A stretch of DNA of 61,724 nucleotides from Anaerolineae bacterium. Its GTDB lineage: Bacteria > Chloroflexota > Anaerolineae > Aggregatilineales > Phototrophicaceae. The stretch spans positions 64,001-125,724 of the forward strand of contig DAOTTV010000078.1 in assembly GCA_034437755.1 (NCBI GenBank). The letters run 5' to 3'. Position 1 is the stretch's first letter, and the number at the start of each line of letters is the position of its first letter. Shown in pieces: positions 16,851 to 26,807 of this stretch. The position numbers and the translations under genes are program-made. The notes below the pieces were generated by a model that saw only the letters and a list, made by a program, of their open reading frames with translations, was not told where the DNA came from and did not search any database.

Positions 16851-18029
16851 ATGCAAACACTGAAAGCGATGACGATTAAAGAGATCAAACTATACCCGAT
16901 TGCGATGCCGTTGGTCGAGCCGTTGCGGACGAGCTTCGGCATGGAGCCGTACAAAGGCGCGATCATTGTCGAAGTCCTCACGGATACCGGCGTGAGCGGT
17001 TGGGGCGAGGCATCGGTCGCGCCGGATCCGGGTTATACCGGCGAGACGATGGGCACCGCTTATCATATTCTGCGGCATTACATGGTCAGCCTGTTGCAAG
17101 GCAAGACCATCACCCACCCGACCGAAGCGCAGGCGTTACTGCGCGTAGTGCGCTATCATGAGCACGCCAAACACGGGATCGAATGTGCAGTCTGGGATGC
17201 CTTCGCCAAGACGAACGACATGCGCCTCACCGATCTGCTCGGGCAGGTGGCTGGCGAGATGGCAGAGACCGCGCCGGTTGTATCCACCAATCGCGCCACG
17301 GTCGGCGTGAGCATCGGCTTGCAGGATACGGACGAAGCCCTCTTCGAGATCATCGACAAGCGATTGGCGCAGGGGTACAAGCGCATCAAGCTGAAAATCA
17401 AACCCGGTCAAGACATCGACCTGACGCGCACGGTGCGCGCTCGCTATCCGAACATCATGATTATGGTCGATGCTAACAGCGCCTACACGCTAGCAGATGC
17501 CGACCACCTGCAACAGTTGGATGAATATGACCTGCTGATGATCGAACAACCACTGGCATACGATGACATCTACGAACACAGCCAGCTACAACCCCAGCTA
17601 CAAACGCCCATTTGCCTCGATGAGAGCATCAAAAATGCCAATGATCTGCGCCTAGCACTGGACGTAGAGGCCATTGGTATCCTGAATTTGAAGCCAGCGC
17701 GGGTGGGCGGCTTTACAGAATCGCTGGCGATTTATACGATTTGTGTGCAGAACGACCTCCCCTTGTGGATTGGTGGTATGCTGGAAGTGGGCATCGGACG
17801 GGCGGCGAACGTCGCGCTGGCGGCATTGCCAGGCGTGACACTGCCCTGCGACATCAGCGCGACTGATCGCTACTTCGACCCCGATCTGACCGAACCGCCT
17901 TTCGTGCTGAATGCCGATAGCACACTAGATGTACCGGATGGTGTGGGCATTGGCAGCGATGTCCAGCGCGACCGACTGCAAACTGCGGTGACGACCTGGT
18001 ACGACCGCAATCAATATAGTTTAGGGTAA
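16851..18029 (+). CDS. Enolase-superfamily enzyme of the o-succinylbenzoate synthase / N-acylamino-acid racemase (OSBS/NSAR) subgroup.
   Basis: KxK motif 'IKLKIKPG', metal ligands 'MVDANSAY', 'MIEQP' and 'CLDES', and 'NLKPARVGG'. Confidence 0.8.
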   Translation: MQTLKAMTIKEIKLYPIAMPLVEPLRTSFGMEPYKGAIIVEVLTDTGVSGWGEASVAPDPGYTGETMGTAYHILRHYMVSLLQGKTITHPTEAQALLRVVRYHEHAKHGIECAVWDAFAKTNDMRLTDLLGQVAGEMAETAPVVSTNRATVGVSIGLQDTDEALFEIIDKRLAQGYKRIKLKIKPGQDIDLTRTVRARYPNIMIMVDANSAYTLADADHLQQLDEYDLLMIEQPLAYDDIYEHSQLQPQLQTPICLDESIKNANDLRLALDVEAIGILNLKPARVGGFTESLAIYTICVQNDLPLWIGGMLEVGIGRAANVALAALPGVTLPCDISATDRYFDPDLTEPPFVLNADSTLDVPDGVGIGSDVQRDRLQTAVTTWYDRNQYSLG

Positions 18030-18034
18030 ATATT

Positions 18035-18856
18035 ATGTTCCAAAATTCACACGTTGCCTTCATCGGTGCTGGCGTTATGGGTGGTACGATGATGGAAGGG
18101 ATGATCGAGAATCAGTTGATCGCCGCCGAGCAAATCATCGCGGCCGACCCGCATGCCGAACGCGGGGCGCACCTCAGCCAGACGCTCGGCGTGCGATATA
18201 CGACGAGCAATGTCGAAGCCGCCGAGAAAGCCGATGTGCTGGTTTTGTCGGTTAAACCACAACATCTTGAGCGCGCCCTGCACGAAATTCGTGGGCGGGT
18301 CGATGGTCTGCCACTCGTGGTGAGCATCGTCGCCGGCAAGAAAATCCGCGATATTGCCGAAGACCTGCATAATAGCCGCATTGTACGCGCAATGCCCAAC
18401 ACGCCGGGACAAATCCGGCAGGGCATCAGCGTGTGGACAGCGACCTACGAAGTGATGGACGAGCACAAGCAAATGGCGCGGGCGATTCTACAATCCTTGG
18501 GCGATGAAATTTACGTCGATGATGAGAGCTATCTGGATATGGCGACCGCGCTCAGTGGCAGTGGGCCGGGCTTCGTCTTTATGTTCATCGAGGCGATGAT
18601 TGATGCCGGCGTACGCATGGGCTTTAGCCGTACCCATGCCGAGAAGCTGGTCTTACAGACTTTCAAGGGGTCGATCCAATACGCGATTGAATCTGAGACG
18701 CACCCGACGATTTTACGCAATCAGGTGACTAGCCCTGGGGGCACGACCGCCGCCGGTTTATTCGAAATGGAAAAGCTAGGATTTCGCACGGCAATCGCTG
18801 AGTCGGTGTGGGCGGCGTACCAACGCTCAATCGAGCTGGGCGACGATAACGACTGA
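18035..18856 (+). CDS. proC: Pyrroline-5-carboxylate reductase.
   Basis: 'VAFIGAGVMGG', 'VLVLSVKPQ' and 'TSPGGTTAAG' are ProC signatures. Confidence 0.9.
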   Translation: MFQNSHVAFIGAGVMGGTMMEGMIENQLIAAEQIIAADPHAERGAHLSQTLGVRYTTSNVEAAEKADVLVLSVKPQHLERALHEIRGRVDGLPLVVSIVAGKKIRDIAEDLHNSRIVRAMPNTPGQIRQGISVWTATYEVMDEHKQMARAILQSLGDEIYVDDESYLDMATALSGSGPGFVFMFIEAMIDAGVRMGFSRTHAEKLVLQTFKGSIQYAIESETHPTILRNQVTSPGGTTAAGLFEMEKLGFRTAIAESVWAAYQRSIELGDDND

Positions 18857-18877
18857 CAGCGCGTTGTCGTCATATGC

Positions 18878-18910
18878 GGGTGAGCCAGCGGCTATCGTGC
18901 GCTGGCTCAC
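18878..18910. terminator. Strong 12-bp hairpin between the convergent proC and P5C dehydrogenase genes. It is a likely bidirectional terminator, although the U-tract is weak.
   Basis: GGTGAGCCAGCG-gctatcgtg-CGCTGGCTCACC, 22 nt after the proC stop and 15 nt after the stop of the minus-strand gene. Confidence 0.4.
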
Positions 18911-18924
18911 CTGTGGTATCTAAC

Positions 18925-20493
18925 TTACAGTTTCTCAGCGATGCTCTTCGCCTGCGTGAACAACAACAGATAGTCTGGGCCGCCTGCTTTGCTATCGGTG
19001 CCGCTCATATTGAAGCCGCCGAAGGGATGCACGCCGACCAATGAACCGGTGCATTTGCGGTTGAAGTACAGATTGCCGACGTGGAACTCGCGCCGCGCTT
19101 GTTCGAGACGTTCGCGCTTCTTGCTGTAGACCGCACCCGTCAAGCCGTACTCGGTATCGTTAGCGATACGAATCGCATCATCGAAATTCTGCGCGCGGAT
19201 GATCGCCACGACCGGCCCGAAAATCTCCTCTTGCGAGATGCGCGCATCCGGATCAACATCGGTGAACACTGTCGGCTCAATGAAGTAGCCATTATCATCT
19301 GTCTCGATGACCTGCCCCCCCGTCGCCAGCGTTGCTTCTTCTGTGCCGATTTTGATGTAATCACGAATTTTATTGAATGCGTCTTGATCGACGACAGGCC
19401 CCATGTAAACGTCGTTGCCGGCATCCGTCGCGCCGACTGCGAGCGCCTTCGTGTGTTCGAGCACGCGCTCGACGACTGAGTCATACACATCATCGACGAT
19501 AATCGCCCGTGATCCTGCCGAGCATTTCTGCCCCTGAAAGCCGAAGGCACTGCTGACGATGCCCTGTGCCGCCGCATCTAGATCAGCCGTCTCATCAACC
19601 AGGACAGCGTCCTTGCCGCCCATCTCTAAAATCATACGCTTGAGCCAGATTTGCTCGGGCTGGACTTGTGCCGCCTTGGCGTAGATTTCTGTACCAACGG
19701 CACGCGAGCCAGTGAAGACCACGAAGCGCGTCTTGGGATGCTCGACCATGCGCCCACCAGCGACGGCCCCATCAGCGCCTGTGATGAAGTTCAACACCCC
19801 GTCCGGCAAGCCATCATCGTAGAAGAGTTGCGCGACGTGCCAGCCAATCAGCGGGCTTTGTTCAGCCGGTTTAAGGACAGCCGTATTACCGCTGACGATC
19901 GTCGCGCTGGTCATGCCGGTTAAGATCGCATTGCAGAAGTTCCACGGCGGGATCACAGCCCCTACACCTAGCGGAATGTAGCGATAGTCGAGTTGTTCTT
20001 CCAGCGGGCTTTCGTATAGCTGATGGCTACTATCGGCGATGCGTACCATCTGGCGTGCATAATATTCGAGGAAGTCGATCGCTTCGGCAGTATCGGCATC
20101 AGCTTCAACCCAGCTTTTGCCAACTTCGAGCACCATAATCGCGCTGAACTCGTGCTTGCGGCGGCGCATCTCAGCCGCGACTTTCAACAGGTAGCGCGCT
20201 CGTTCTTCGGTGGGGGTGTGTTGCCATGTCTGGAAGGCCTCATACGCCGCTTCGATCGCCATATCCGCATGGTCAGCGGTGGCATCGGCAAATGTCCCCA
20301 GCACTTCGTCGGGGCGTGCGGGATTCACGGAGTCAAAAGTATTAGGGGTGGTCACTTCTTTGCCGCCGATAATCAAGGGATAGGTGTGACCGAGATACTC
20401 ATTTTTCACTTTATCCAGCGCGGCTTTGAACTGCGCGATATTCTGCGGATCGCTAAAATCAGTCAGCGCTTCGTTACGATATTCAGTTAACAT
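18925..20493 (-). CDS. L-glutamate gamma-semialdehyde (1-pyrroline-5-carboxylate) dehydrogenase, aldehyde dehydrogenase family.
   Basis: RocA/P5CDH-type N-terminus 'MLTEYRNEALTDFSDPQN'. ALDH motifs 'ILEMGGKDA' (Glu) and 'GQKCSA' (Cys). RBS AAGGAGA 7 nt before ATG 20493. The ORF extends to 20559. Confidence 0.85.
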   Translation of the reverse strand: MLTEYRNEALTDFSDPQNIAQFKAALDKVKNEYLGHTYPLIIGGKEVTTPNTFDSVNPARPDEVLGTFADATADHADMAIEAAYEAFQTWQHTPTEERARYLLKVAAEMRRRKHEFSAIMVLEVGKSWVEADADTAEAIDFLEYYARQMVRIADSSHQLYESPLEEQLDYRYIPLGVGAVIPPWNFCNAILTGMTSATIVSGNTAVLKPAEQSPLIGWHVAQLFYDDGLPDGVLNFITGADGAVAGGRMVEHPKTRFVVFTGSRAVGTEIYAKAAQVQPEQIWLKRMILEMGGKDAVLVDETADLDAAAQGIVSSAFGFQGQKCSAGSRAIIVDDVYDSVVERVLEHTKALAVGATDAGNDVYMGPVVDQDAFNKIRDYIKIGTEEATLATGGQVIETDDNGYFIEPTVFTDVDPDARISQEEIFGPVVAIIRAQNFDDAIRIANDTEYGLTGAVYSKKRERLEQARREFHVGNLYFNRKCTGSLVGVHPFGGFNMSGTDSKAGGPDYLLLFTQAKSIAEKL

Positions 20494-20626
20494 CAAAAAT
20501 CTCCTTCGGTAAAGTCTATTTGTAGCCTCGATTGTACTGAATTCAGTTGTTTCATACAAAGGGTCTTGTGTGTTTTATATAGGTGGACACGGTGTTTCTG
20601 GTGTGGGCGATTGATGGCCGGAATCA

Positions 20627-20660
20627 AAACAGGTGTCCACGTGAGCATGGACACCTGTTT
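20627..20660 (-). terminator. Rho-independent terminator downstream of tRNA-Leu.
   Basis: On the minus strand, AAACAGGTGTCCA-tgctcacg-TGGACACCTGTTT forms a 13-bp stem running into TTTTGATT. A degenerate partial copy lies at 20581-20601. Confidence 0.6.
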
Positions 20661-20665
20661 CTTTG

Positions 20666-20750
<85 letters not shown>

Positions 20751-20771
20751 TTGGCTTTTCAACATTATATA

Positions 20772-20799
20772 ATCATACCATGATGGCGGCAGAAGTCAA
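20772..20799 (-). promoter_or_regulatory. Sigma-70-type promoter for tRNA-Leu.
   Basis: On the minus strand: TTGACT, 16-nt spacer, TATGAT. This is followed by a second TATAAT, with the mature tRNA 5' end about 20 nt downstream. Confidence 0.45.
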
Positions 20800-20922
20800 G
20801 CATGAGTCACCGAATTTTGATGGAATTAGGTCAACATCTGCATAACGATGGTTCATCCGCATCTTGCATCCTCTGCTATTCTCCGTTAGAACTACACAGT
20901 CAACTACTAAGGAGAGAAATGG

Positions 20923-22608
20923 ATGGACTCGGGTTATACAAAGATCAGTCGCAAATCACGCGGCGGTCAGCGTGGCGGTTGTTTACAATCGATCTGGAGT
21001 TTGATGCTGGTGGGCTTCATGGTCGGGATTATCCTCAGCGCGGTTATCGGCGGTGGGTTGCTTGTCAGCGGCTTGCTCCCCGGCATTGATGGCGGCCCCG
21101 CGGCGACTGTTATCGCGACGCAACTGGTCGAAGTCGAGCAGATTGTCACGTCAGATGCACAGGTGGCGGCGGTCGTCACGGCGACGACAGGCGCAACAGC
21201 AACGCCGGTGCAACCGACCCCAACGCCGACCAGCACAGCGACCGCCTTGCCAACGGCAACATCAATACCGCCCACCGCACCGCCGAGCGCGACACCCGAT
21301 TTCACGATTTCTGGCGCTGTCGAAAATGAAGTCTCGATTCGTTACGGCCCCGGCACCAATTACCCGCGCTTGGCACTGGCACAAGCCGACGAGCGTTTCC
21401 AGATTACGTCATGGCACAGCCAATTGCCGTGGATACAAATTCGCTACGATGGCTCACCGACGGGCTACGGATGGGTTTTCGATCAGTTGCTGGTCGATTT
21501 GCGCGGGGATTATCGCACGCTGACCCCGATCACAACAGCTGTGCTGAACTTGCCGACGCTCACGCCGACTCCCTCGGTGATTCAGAGTGGCGCGTCCTTT
21601 GTCGATGTGGAATTGAGTCCGGAATTTGTCGCGCTGGGGGATGAGTTATTCAACATCATGCTTGATGCCGGCTTCGACCCGGAGACGCGCTATTTCGGGT
21701 CGCTATACTTGCTCGATTTACAGACGGGCGAAGCGCTCAGCTTTGGCGAGGATATTGCATATAGCGGCACTAGCGTCAACAAGATTTCGATTTTGCTGGG
21801 TTTATATCGCTCATTGACGGCACCGCCTAATCAAACGCTCGCCAATAACATTGCTAACACAATGATCTGTAGCGAGAACAGCAACACCAATCAATTGATT
21901 TCTGTGATTGGTGGCGGCAACGAATGGCAAGGGGCCGAGCGCATCACCGAGACACTCCGCATGATCGGCATCGACGACTCGTATCTGCTCGCGCCCTATA
22001 CCGTCGATCCCGCGAACCCACCAGTGCCCCCCGCCCCGCTCGCTGTGCCAGAGACCAGCGTCAATCAAGAGCGAGCGTTCCCGGAACCCTATAATCAACT
22101 GACAGTCGAAGATGCCGGACGCATGTTGAGCAGTATCTATCAATGCGCTTATCAAGAGTCAGGCCCGCTGATCGAGAATTTTCCGGCGAACACTTACGAA
22201 CCGCGCGAGTGCCGCCAGATGATCCATGTGATGGCGAATAACGACGTTGACGGCTTACTACGGGCAGGCGCACCCGCGCAGACGCGTGTCGCGCACAAGC
22301 ACGGTTGGATTGATGCGACCCACAGCAACGCGGGGATCTTCTTCACACCGGGTGGGGATTATGTGCTGGCGATGAGCATTCATAGCAATGTCGAGGATGC
22401 GACCGGCAATCGCTATCTGTCCTTCCAGAATGCACCGATTTCGTCCTTGCCAGCCTTCGCCGAGGTCTCGCGCACCGTTTACAATTATTACAATCCACAA
22501 GCGCCCCTCACTAGCATCCGTGAAGGCTTCATCCCTGATGCCCCCAGTTGTAACTACGCCGGCACACGCCTCGTTGATGACTTGATGCAACCGGTCTGGA
22601 ATCAATAG
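20923..22608 (+). CDS. Membrane-anchored serine hydrolase with a class-A beta-lactamase-like fold, an N-terminal TM helix, a Thr/Pro linker and an SH3b-like domain.
   Basis: RBS AAGGAGAGAA. TM 'LMLVGFMVGIILSAVIGGG'. The SH3b-like segment is 'VSIRYGPGTNYPRLALAQADERFQITSW'. The hydrolase motifs are 'SVNK' (SxxK), 'SENS' (SDN-like) and 'KHGW' (KTG-like). Confidence 0.6.
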   Translation: MDSGYTKISRKSRGGQRGGCLQSIWSLMLVGFMVGIILSAVIGGGLLVSGLLPGIDGGPAATVIATQLVEVEQIVTSDAQVAAVVTATTGATATPVQPTPTPTSTATALPTATSIPPTAPPSATPDFTISGAVENEVSIRYGPGTNYPRLALAQADERFQITSWHSQLPWIQIRYDGSPTGYGWVFDQLLVDLRGDYRTLTPITTAVLNLPTLTPTPSVIQSGASFVDVELSPEFVALGDELFNIMLDAGFDPETRYFGSLYLLDLQTGEALSFGEDIAYSGTSVNKISILLGLYRSLTAPPNQTLANNIANTMICSENSNTNQLISVIGGGNEWQGAERITETLRMIGIDDSYLLAPYTVDPANPPVPPAPLAVPETSVNQERAFPEPYNQLTVEDAGRMLSSIYQCAYQESGPLIENFPANTYEPRECRQMIHVMANNDVDGLLRAGAPAQTRVAHKHGWIDATHSNAGIFFTPGGDYVLAMSIHSNVEDATGNRYLSFQNAPISSLPAFAEVSRTVYNYYNPQAPLTSIREGFIPDAPSCNYAGTRLVDDLMQPVWNQ

Positions 22609-22683
22609 CAAACAAAAGGGGGAGCGATACGCTCACCCCATGTTGATCGGTCGCAGGAAAAACCCGCATGGTAACAGCGTGGT

Positions 22684-23682
22684 TTAGCCTTTGACTGACC
22701 CGGCCGTGAGACCGCCGACAATTTGATCTTGTAGCGCGAGATAAATCATGACCACAGGCACCGCCGCTACCAGCGCACCCGCCGCAAATTTACCCCAATC
22801 ACGGTTGAAATCGGCATTGATGAAGTTATACAAGCCAACCATCAGCGTCCAGTTCTCTTTATCGCGCAGGAGTACCCGCGCCAGCACAAACTCGTTGAAT
22901 GTACCGACGAACGCCAGTACCCCCACCACCGCGAGAATCGGACGCACGAGCGGGAAAATCAACAACCAGAAGATTTGCCAGTGCGTCGCGCCGTCAACCA
23001 GTGCTGATTCGTCGATATCGCGCGGGATCGAGTCGAAGAAGCCCTTCATCAACCACGTGTTGATGCCCATCGCACCGCCGAGATAGACGAGAATGATGCC
23101 GCCGAGACTATCCAGCCCGAACAAACCGATCCAGTCCCAGTTGATGAACGCGAGGAAGGGAAGTGCCTGTGGGATGACCTCCGGCAGTTGTCCGATCTGC
23201 TGTAAGATCAGGAACAGCGCGACCATCGCCAGCAAGTTCGGAAATACTTGCAAGAGCAAGATACCGAGTAGCATCTGCCGGCGACCCCAGAAGCGAAAGC
23301 GCGAGAAGGAATACGCACTCAGCGCTGTGAACAACACGGTGAGTATCGTACTGGTTGAGGCGACGATGAAGGAGTTGAACAACCAGTTCCAATACGGGAA
23401 AGTATCCAACTCTTCGATCAAGAGCGCGTTGAAATTCGCAAACAGTTCTTCGGTACTATTAACCCCCTGCGGGATCAATCCCTGTGTCGCTAGCTGTCCG
23501 GTTGGGTTAAACGCCGATGAAGCGATGAACAGCACCGGGAACAGGGCGAATATCATCGCGATGATGATAATAAAGATACGGAGCGTGTTACCGACGATGA
23601 GATCACGACGGGAGATGACCATCCCCGACCCAGCGGGTGAGCGATCCGGTTGTTTGGATTTTTGTTTAGACATTTTCGCCAA
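22684..23682 (-). CDS. Carbohydrate ABC transporter permease (MalG-like).
   Basis: Six TM segments with an EAA-like loop. It overlaps the upstream permease gene by 17 nt. Confidence 0.8.
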   Translation of the reverse strand: MAKMSKQKSKQPDRSPAGSGMVISRRDLIVGNTLRIFIIIIAMIFALFPVLFIASSAFNPTGQLATQGLIPQGVNSTEELFANFNALLIEELDTFPYWNWLFNSFIVASTSTILTVLFTALSAYSFSRFRFWGRRQMLLGILLLQVFPNLLAMVALFLILQQIGQLPEVIPQALPFLAFINWDWIGLFGLDSLGGIILVYLGGAMGINTWLMKGFFDSIPRDIDESALVDGATHWQIFWLLIFPLVRPILAVVGVLAFVGTFNEFVLARVLLRDKENWTLMVGLYNFINADFNRDWGKFAAGALVAAVPVVMIYLALQDQIVGGLTAGSVKG

Positions 23683-25291
23683 CCTCCTCCCATGTGCGTG
23701 TAAAGCGATACTGGAGCAATGTCACACCAGCGACGAGGATGAAGTTGATGATGGTAATTGCCGATGCATAGCCATAATCAGCTCCGTTGCGATTGCCAAA
23801 GGCCAGATTATACGTATAACTGATGAGAATATCAGTATACCCCGCCGGCGTTGGTGAATTGGGTATCGGTGGATTACCCTGCGTCAAGGCTTCGATGATT
23901 AAGTAGTTATTGAAGTTAAAGACGAAGGATGCGATCAACAGGGGCCCGACAGTGACCAGCAACAATGGCAAGGTAATCTGCCAGAAGCGATCGACCGGAC
24001 TCGCGCCATCGACGGCGGCGGCTTCGTAGATGTCAGACGGAATCGCCTGTAAAGCACCGCTACAGATCAACATCATATAGGGATAGCCCAGCCACAGATT
24101 GACGACGATGATCACCACCCGCGCCCAGATCGGATCACCGAACCACGTCACGCGTGCGGCATCGCCAAAGAGCGAGATTAAGGTCTCGTTGATCAAGCCG
24201 AAGTTCTCGTTGAACAACCCTCGCCAGACCACAATCGCAATCACGCCCGGTATGGCGTAAGGAATGATGAGAATCGAGCGCACGAGTTTCTTGCCCGGTA
24301 TGACGACATCGTTCAAGATCAAGGCCATGAACAAGCCGACGACGAAGGTTGTGAAGACCGACAAGAAGGCGAACATCACTGTCCAGATGAAAATCTCAAT
24401 CAGCGGCCCGCGTAATCGTTCATCACTGAAGAAGCGCATGAAGTTAAACCAGCCTACGTTGACCCGATAACCCGGATTCAGAATTTCACCTGTCGAGCGT
24501 GCTTCAAAGTATCCTTTTTCGTCATTGGCATCATAGACGACGCCTGTCTGTTGGTTAACGAGCGCATCTTGCTCATTATCGTACAGATACAGACGTTCAA
24601 GCGGACGCGCGGCTTCGCTGAAGTTTCGCACTGCCGCAGTATCATCCTCTGTGCCGAAGGTCGTCTCTTGCAATGTGCCGAGTAAGGGTGCGAGTTCCCG
24701 CCGCGGGACTTGTGTATACCCGTTGTATGTCTCGGGCAAGTCATCCGATGACAAATCGTCGATTGTCTCAATCGGATCACCCACAGGCGCGAAAGCGTAT
24801 TCGATTGTCCCGTCATCAGCTGAACGGGTGAGTAGTAGCGCGAGGTCGTCGGCATCATCGCGATACAGCGACCAGCTATACGTCAGCGCGTCATCCGGCG
24901 CGTAGAGATACTGTCGATTGGTTTCGAGCTGTCGGATTGTTTGTTGTTTGGTAAAGAGATGCCCAGGCGAGAGACTGCCGTAGTTCGTAAAAGCCGTATA
25001 AACAGTATAAAAAATCGGATAGACAACAAGGATCGTGACAAAGAAAAGCCCCGGTGCCATCCAGCGCAGAGGATAGAGCGCCGGTACGAAAGAAATGACA
25101 TTGACTCCGACCACAGCAACCGTCAACACGATGCCGAGTCCGTAAGTTCCGTTGAAGAACAGCCCATAGATTAAGATCAGGGCGAGCGAATCAAGGAACA
25201 TGAGCAAGCCGTAACGCAGAACTGTTAAAACAGTGGAGTCCCCACCAACGGGGGACTCCACTTTCCGTTTTTCGGAAACGGTGGTAGCCAT
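23666..25291 (-). CDS. Carbohydrate ABC transporter permease (MalF-like) with a large periplasmic loop.
   Basis: 541 aa with TM segments at both ends and a long hydrophilic insert of the MalF P2-loop type. Confidence 0.8.
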   Translation of the reverse strand: MATTVSEKRKVESPVGGDSTVLTVLRYGLLMFLDSLALILIYGLFFNGTYGLGIVLTVAVVGVNVISFVPALYPLRWMAPGLFFVTILVVYPIFYTVYTAFTNYGSLSPGHLFTKQQTIRQLETNRQYLYAPDDALTYSWSLYRDDADDLALLLTRSADDGTIEYAFAPVGDPIETIDDLSSDDLPETYNGYTQVPRRELAPLLGTLQETTFGTEDDTAAVRNFSEAARPLERLYLYDNEQDALVNQQTGVVYDANDEKGYFEARSTGEILNPGYRVNVGWFNFMRFFSDERLRGPLIEIFIWTVMFAFLSVFTTFVVGLFMALILNDVVIPGKKLVRSILIIPYAIPGVIAIVVWRGLFNENFGLINETLISLFGDAARVTWFGDPIWARVVIIVVNLWLGYPYMMLICSGALQAIPSDIYEAAAVDGASPVDRFWQITLPLLLVTVGPLLIASFVFNFNNYLIIEALTQGNPPIPNSPTPAGYTDILISYTYNLAFGNRNGADYGYASAITIINFILVAGVTLLQYRFTRTWEEVGENV

Positions 25292-25295
25292 ACGT

Positions 25296-26807
25296 TTATT
25301 CCACGTCGGCGACTACTACATTCGTTTCGTCGTCGTAGGTGAAGGTCACGGTTGCATCTTCTGCCAATGATAGCGTGTAGTTCGCGCCATCAGCTTCACC
25401 CTCAACGCCGTAGTTCTCATCCCAGCCACCATTCATAGCGATCTTGTATTCATAATCGCCTGCGGGGATTTCAAGTGTGATGCTATAAGTGCCATCATCT
25501 TGTAGTGCGAGGAAGGTGGCTTCGCAAGCCGGTTGCCAGTCACCATCACAGCCGACAAGGCTTTGGAAGCTACCGGGCAGACCGATGATACGTTCTTCGG
25601 ATTGCACCAGTTGGATAGCTTCGTTGATCTGGACAACAGCGTTGTTGTAGGTCTGGGTAGCGTCTTCGCCTTGGCTGACCAGCGTCTGAGCATCACCAGC
25701 CGCGCCCCAGACAGCACCCATTTCAGGAATAGCAGGCATGGCAACGGCGGTTGTACCGGCGTTCACGAAGCCTTCTACGTTGGGGTCTAAGCTGGTATCA
25801 ACGCCGAGGAATGCCGGCGGGCGACCTGCTGAGTCGAAGATAGCTTGTTGGAATTCGAGCGTGGCGACGTATTCTTGCAAGAAGATTTCAGCCAGCAGTT
25901 GGTTATCGCTGAAGTTGCTGATCATGATACCCTGCACACCGCTGAAGGGCGATGCCACCGCTTCTTCGACTGTTGCTGATGCGGGGAAGGGATCAATGCT
26001 GTAAGGCACGCCAGCTTCCGAGATACGTTGCGAGAACCACGGGCCAGTCACGAACATTGCCAGATCGCCTTCTTCGAAGAGCGCGAACACTTCGTCACCA
26101 CCGACGTTGGGCACCATGTATTCGTTCGTATACATGGTTTCCATCCATTCAGCCGCGGCTAAGCCACCTTCGCTGTTCAAGCCGACATCAGCGGGGTTAT
26201 AGCTACCATCTTCGTTGAAGCCGAAGATGTAACCGCCGAAAGCAGTGAAGATCGGGTGGGCGTGGTAAGGATCACCAGTCTGCACGAGGAACGCATATTG
26301 CGGGCTGTCTTCGCTAGCGGCGAAGTCCTCCGCCAGTTGGGTGATTTCTTCGATGCTTTGCGGGGCTTCGGGGACGAGATCAGTATTGCGGATGAGCGCG
26401 ATATTCTCGAAGTTGGTGGGTACACCGTACAACTTACTGTTGAAGGTGAGCGCGTCCAGCGTCGAGGGGACGAAATCACCAGCTTTGTCGCCCAGTTCGA
26501 TCGGCACCAGTGCCCCGTTCGATACCAGCAGACCGAGCCAGTCGTGTGCACCAACGAGAATATCCGGGCCTTCGCCCACTGGACCCGCCACGAGCAATTG
26601 ATCGCGGATATCGTTGAAGCCGATTTCAACCACGTTGAGTTCAATACCCAGTTCTGCCTCAACGTCATCGGCAACATCGAGGAAAACGCCCGAGCGTTCG
26701 CCATCAGCCCAAACGGTCAGCACGTTGCCCTGTGCGAACGCACTGCTGATCGTACCGAGCAAAAGCGATGCGACCAATAAAACTAATAGAAGTTTATTCC
26801 GTGACAT
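25296..26807 (-). CDS. Extracellular solute-binding protein (maltose/maltodextrin MalE-like) with an extra C-terminal domain of about 100 aa that may be carbohydrate-binding.
   Basis: Signal peptide 'LLLVLLVASLLLGTISSAFA'. 'VWADGE..GPDILVGAHDW' is MalE-like. The C-terminal 'GDWQP..AGDYEYKIAMNGGWDENYG' resembles a starch-binding CBM beta-sandwich. RBS GAGAGG. Confidence 0.75.
   Translation of the reverse strand: MSRNKLLLVLLVASLLLGTISSAFAQGNVLTVWADGERSGVFLDVADDVEAELGIELNVVEIGFNDIRDQLLVAGPVGEGPDILVGAHDWLGLLVSNGALVPIELGDKAGDFVPSTLDALTFNSKLYGVPTNFENIALIRNTDLVPEAPQSIEEITQLAEDFAASEDSPQYAFLVQTGDPYHAHPIFTAFGGYIFGFNEDGSYNPADVGLNSEGGLAAAEWMETMYTNEYMVPNVGGDEVFALFEEGDLAMFVTGPWFSQRISEAGVPYSIDPFPASATVEEAVASPFSGVQGIMISNFSDNQLLAEIFLQEYVATLEFQQAIFDSAGRPPAFLGVDTSLDPNVEGFVNAGTTAVAMPAIPEMGAVWGAAGDAQTLVSQGEDATQTYNNAVVQINEAIQLVQSEERIIGLPGSFQSLVGCDGDWQPACEATFLALQDDGTYSITLEIPAGDYEYKIAMNGGWDENYGVEGEADGANYTLSLAEDATVTFTYDDETNVVVADVE

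Noticed and set aside
21180-21300. Short direct repeats such as ACGCCGAC and CCGACCCC that might suggest a repeat array or CRISPR.
   Set aside because: They lie inside coding sequence for Thr/Pro-rich linkers (TPTPTSTAT). There is no regular repeat-spacer periodicity and no cas genes.
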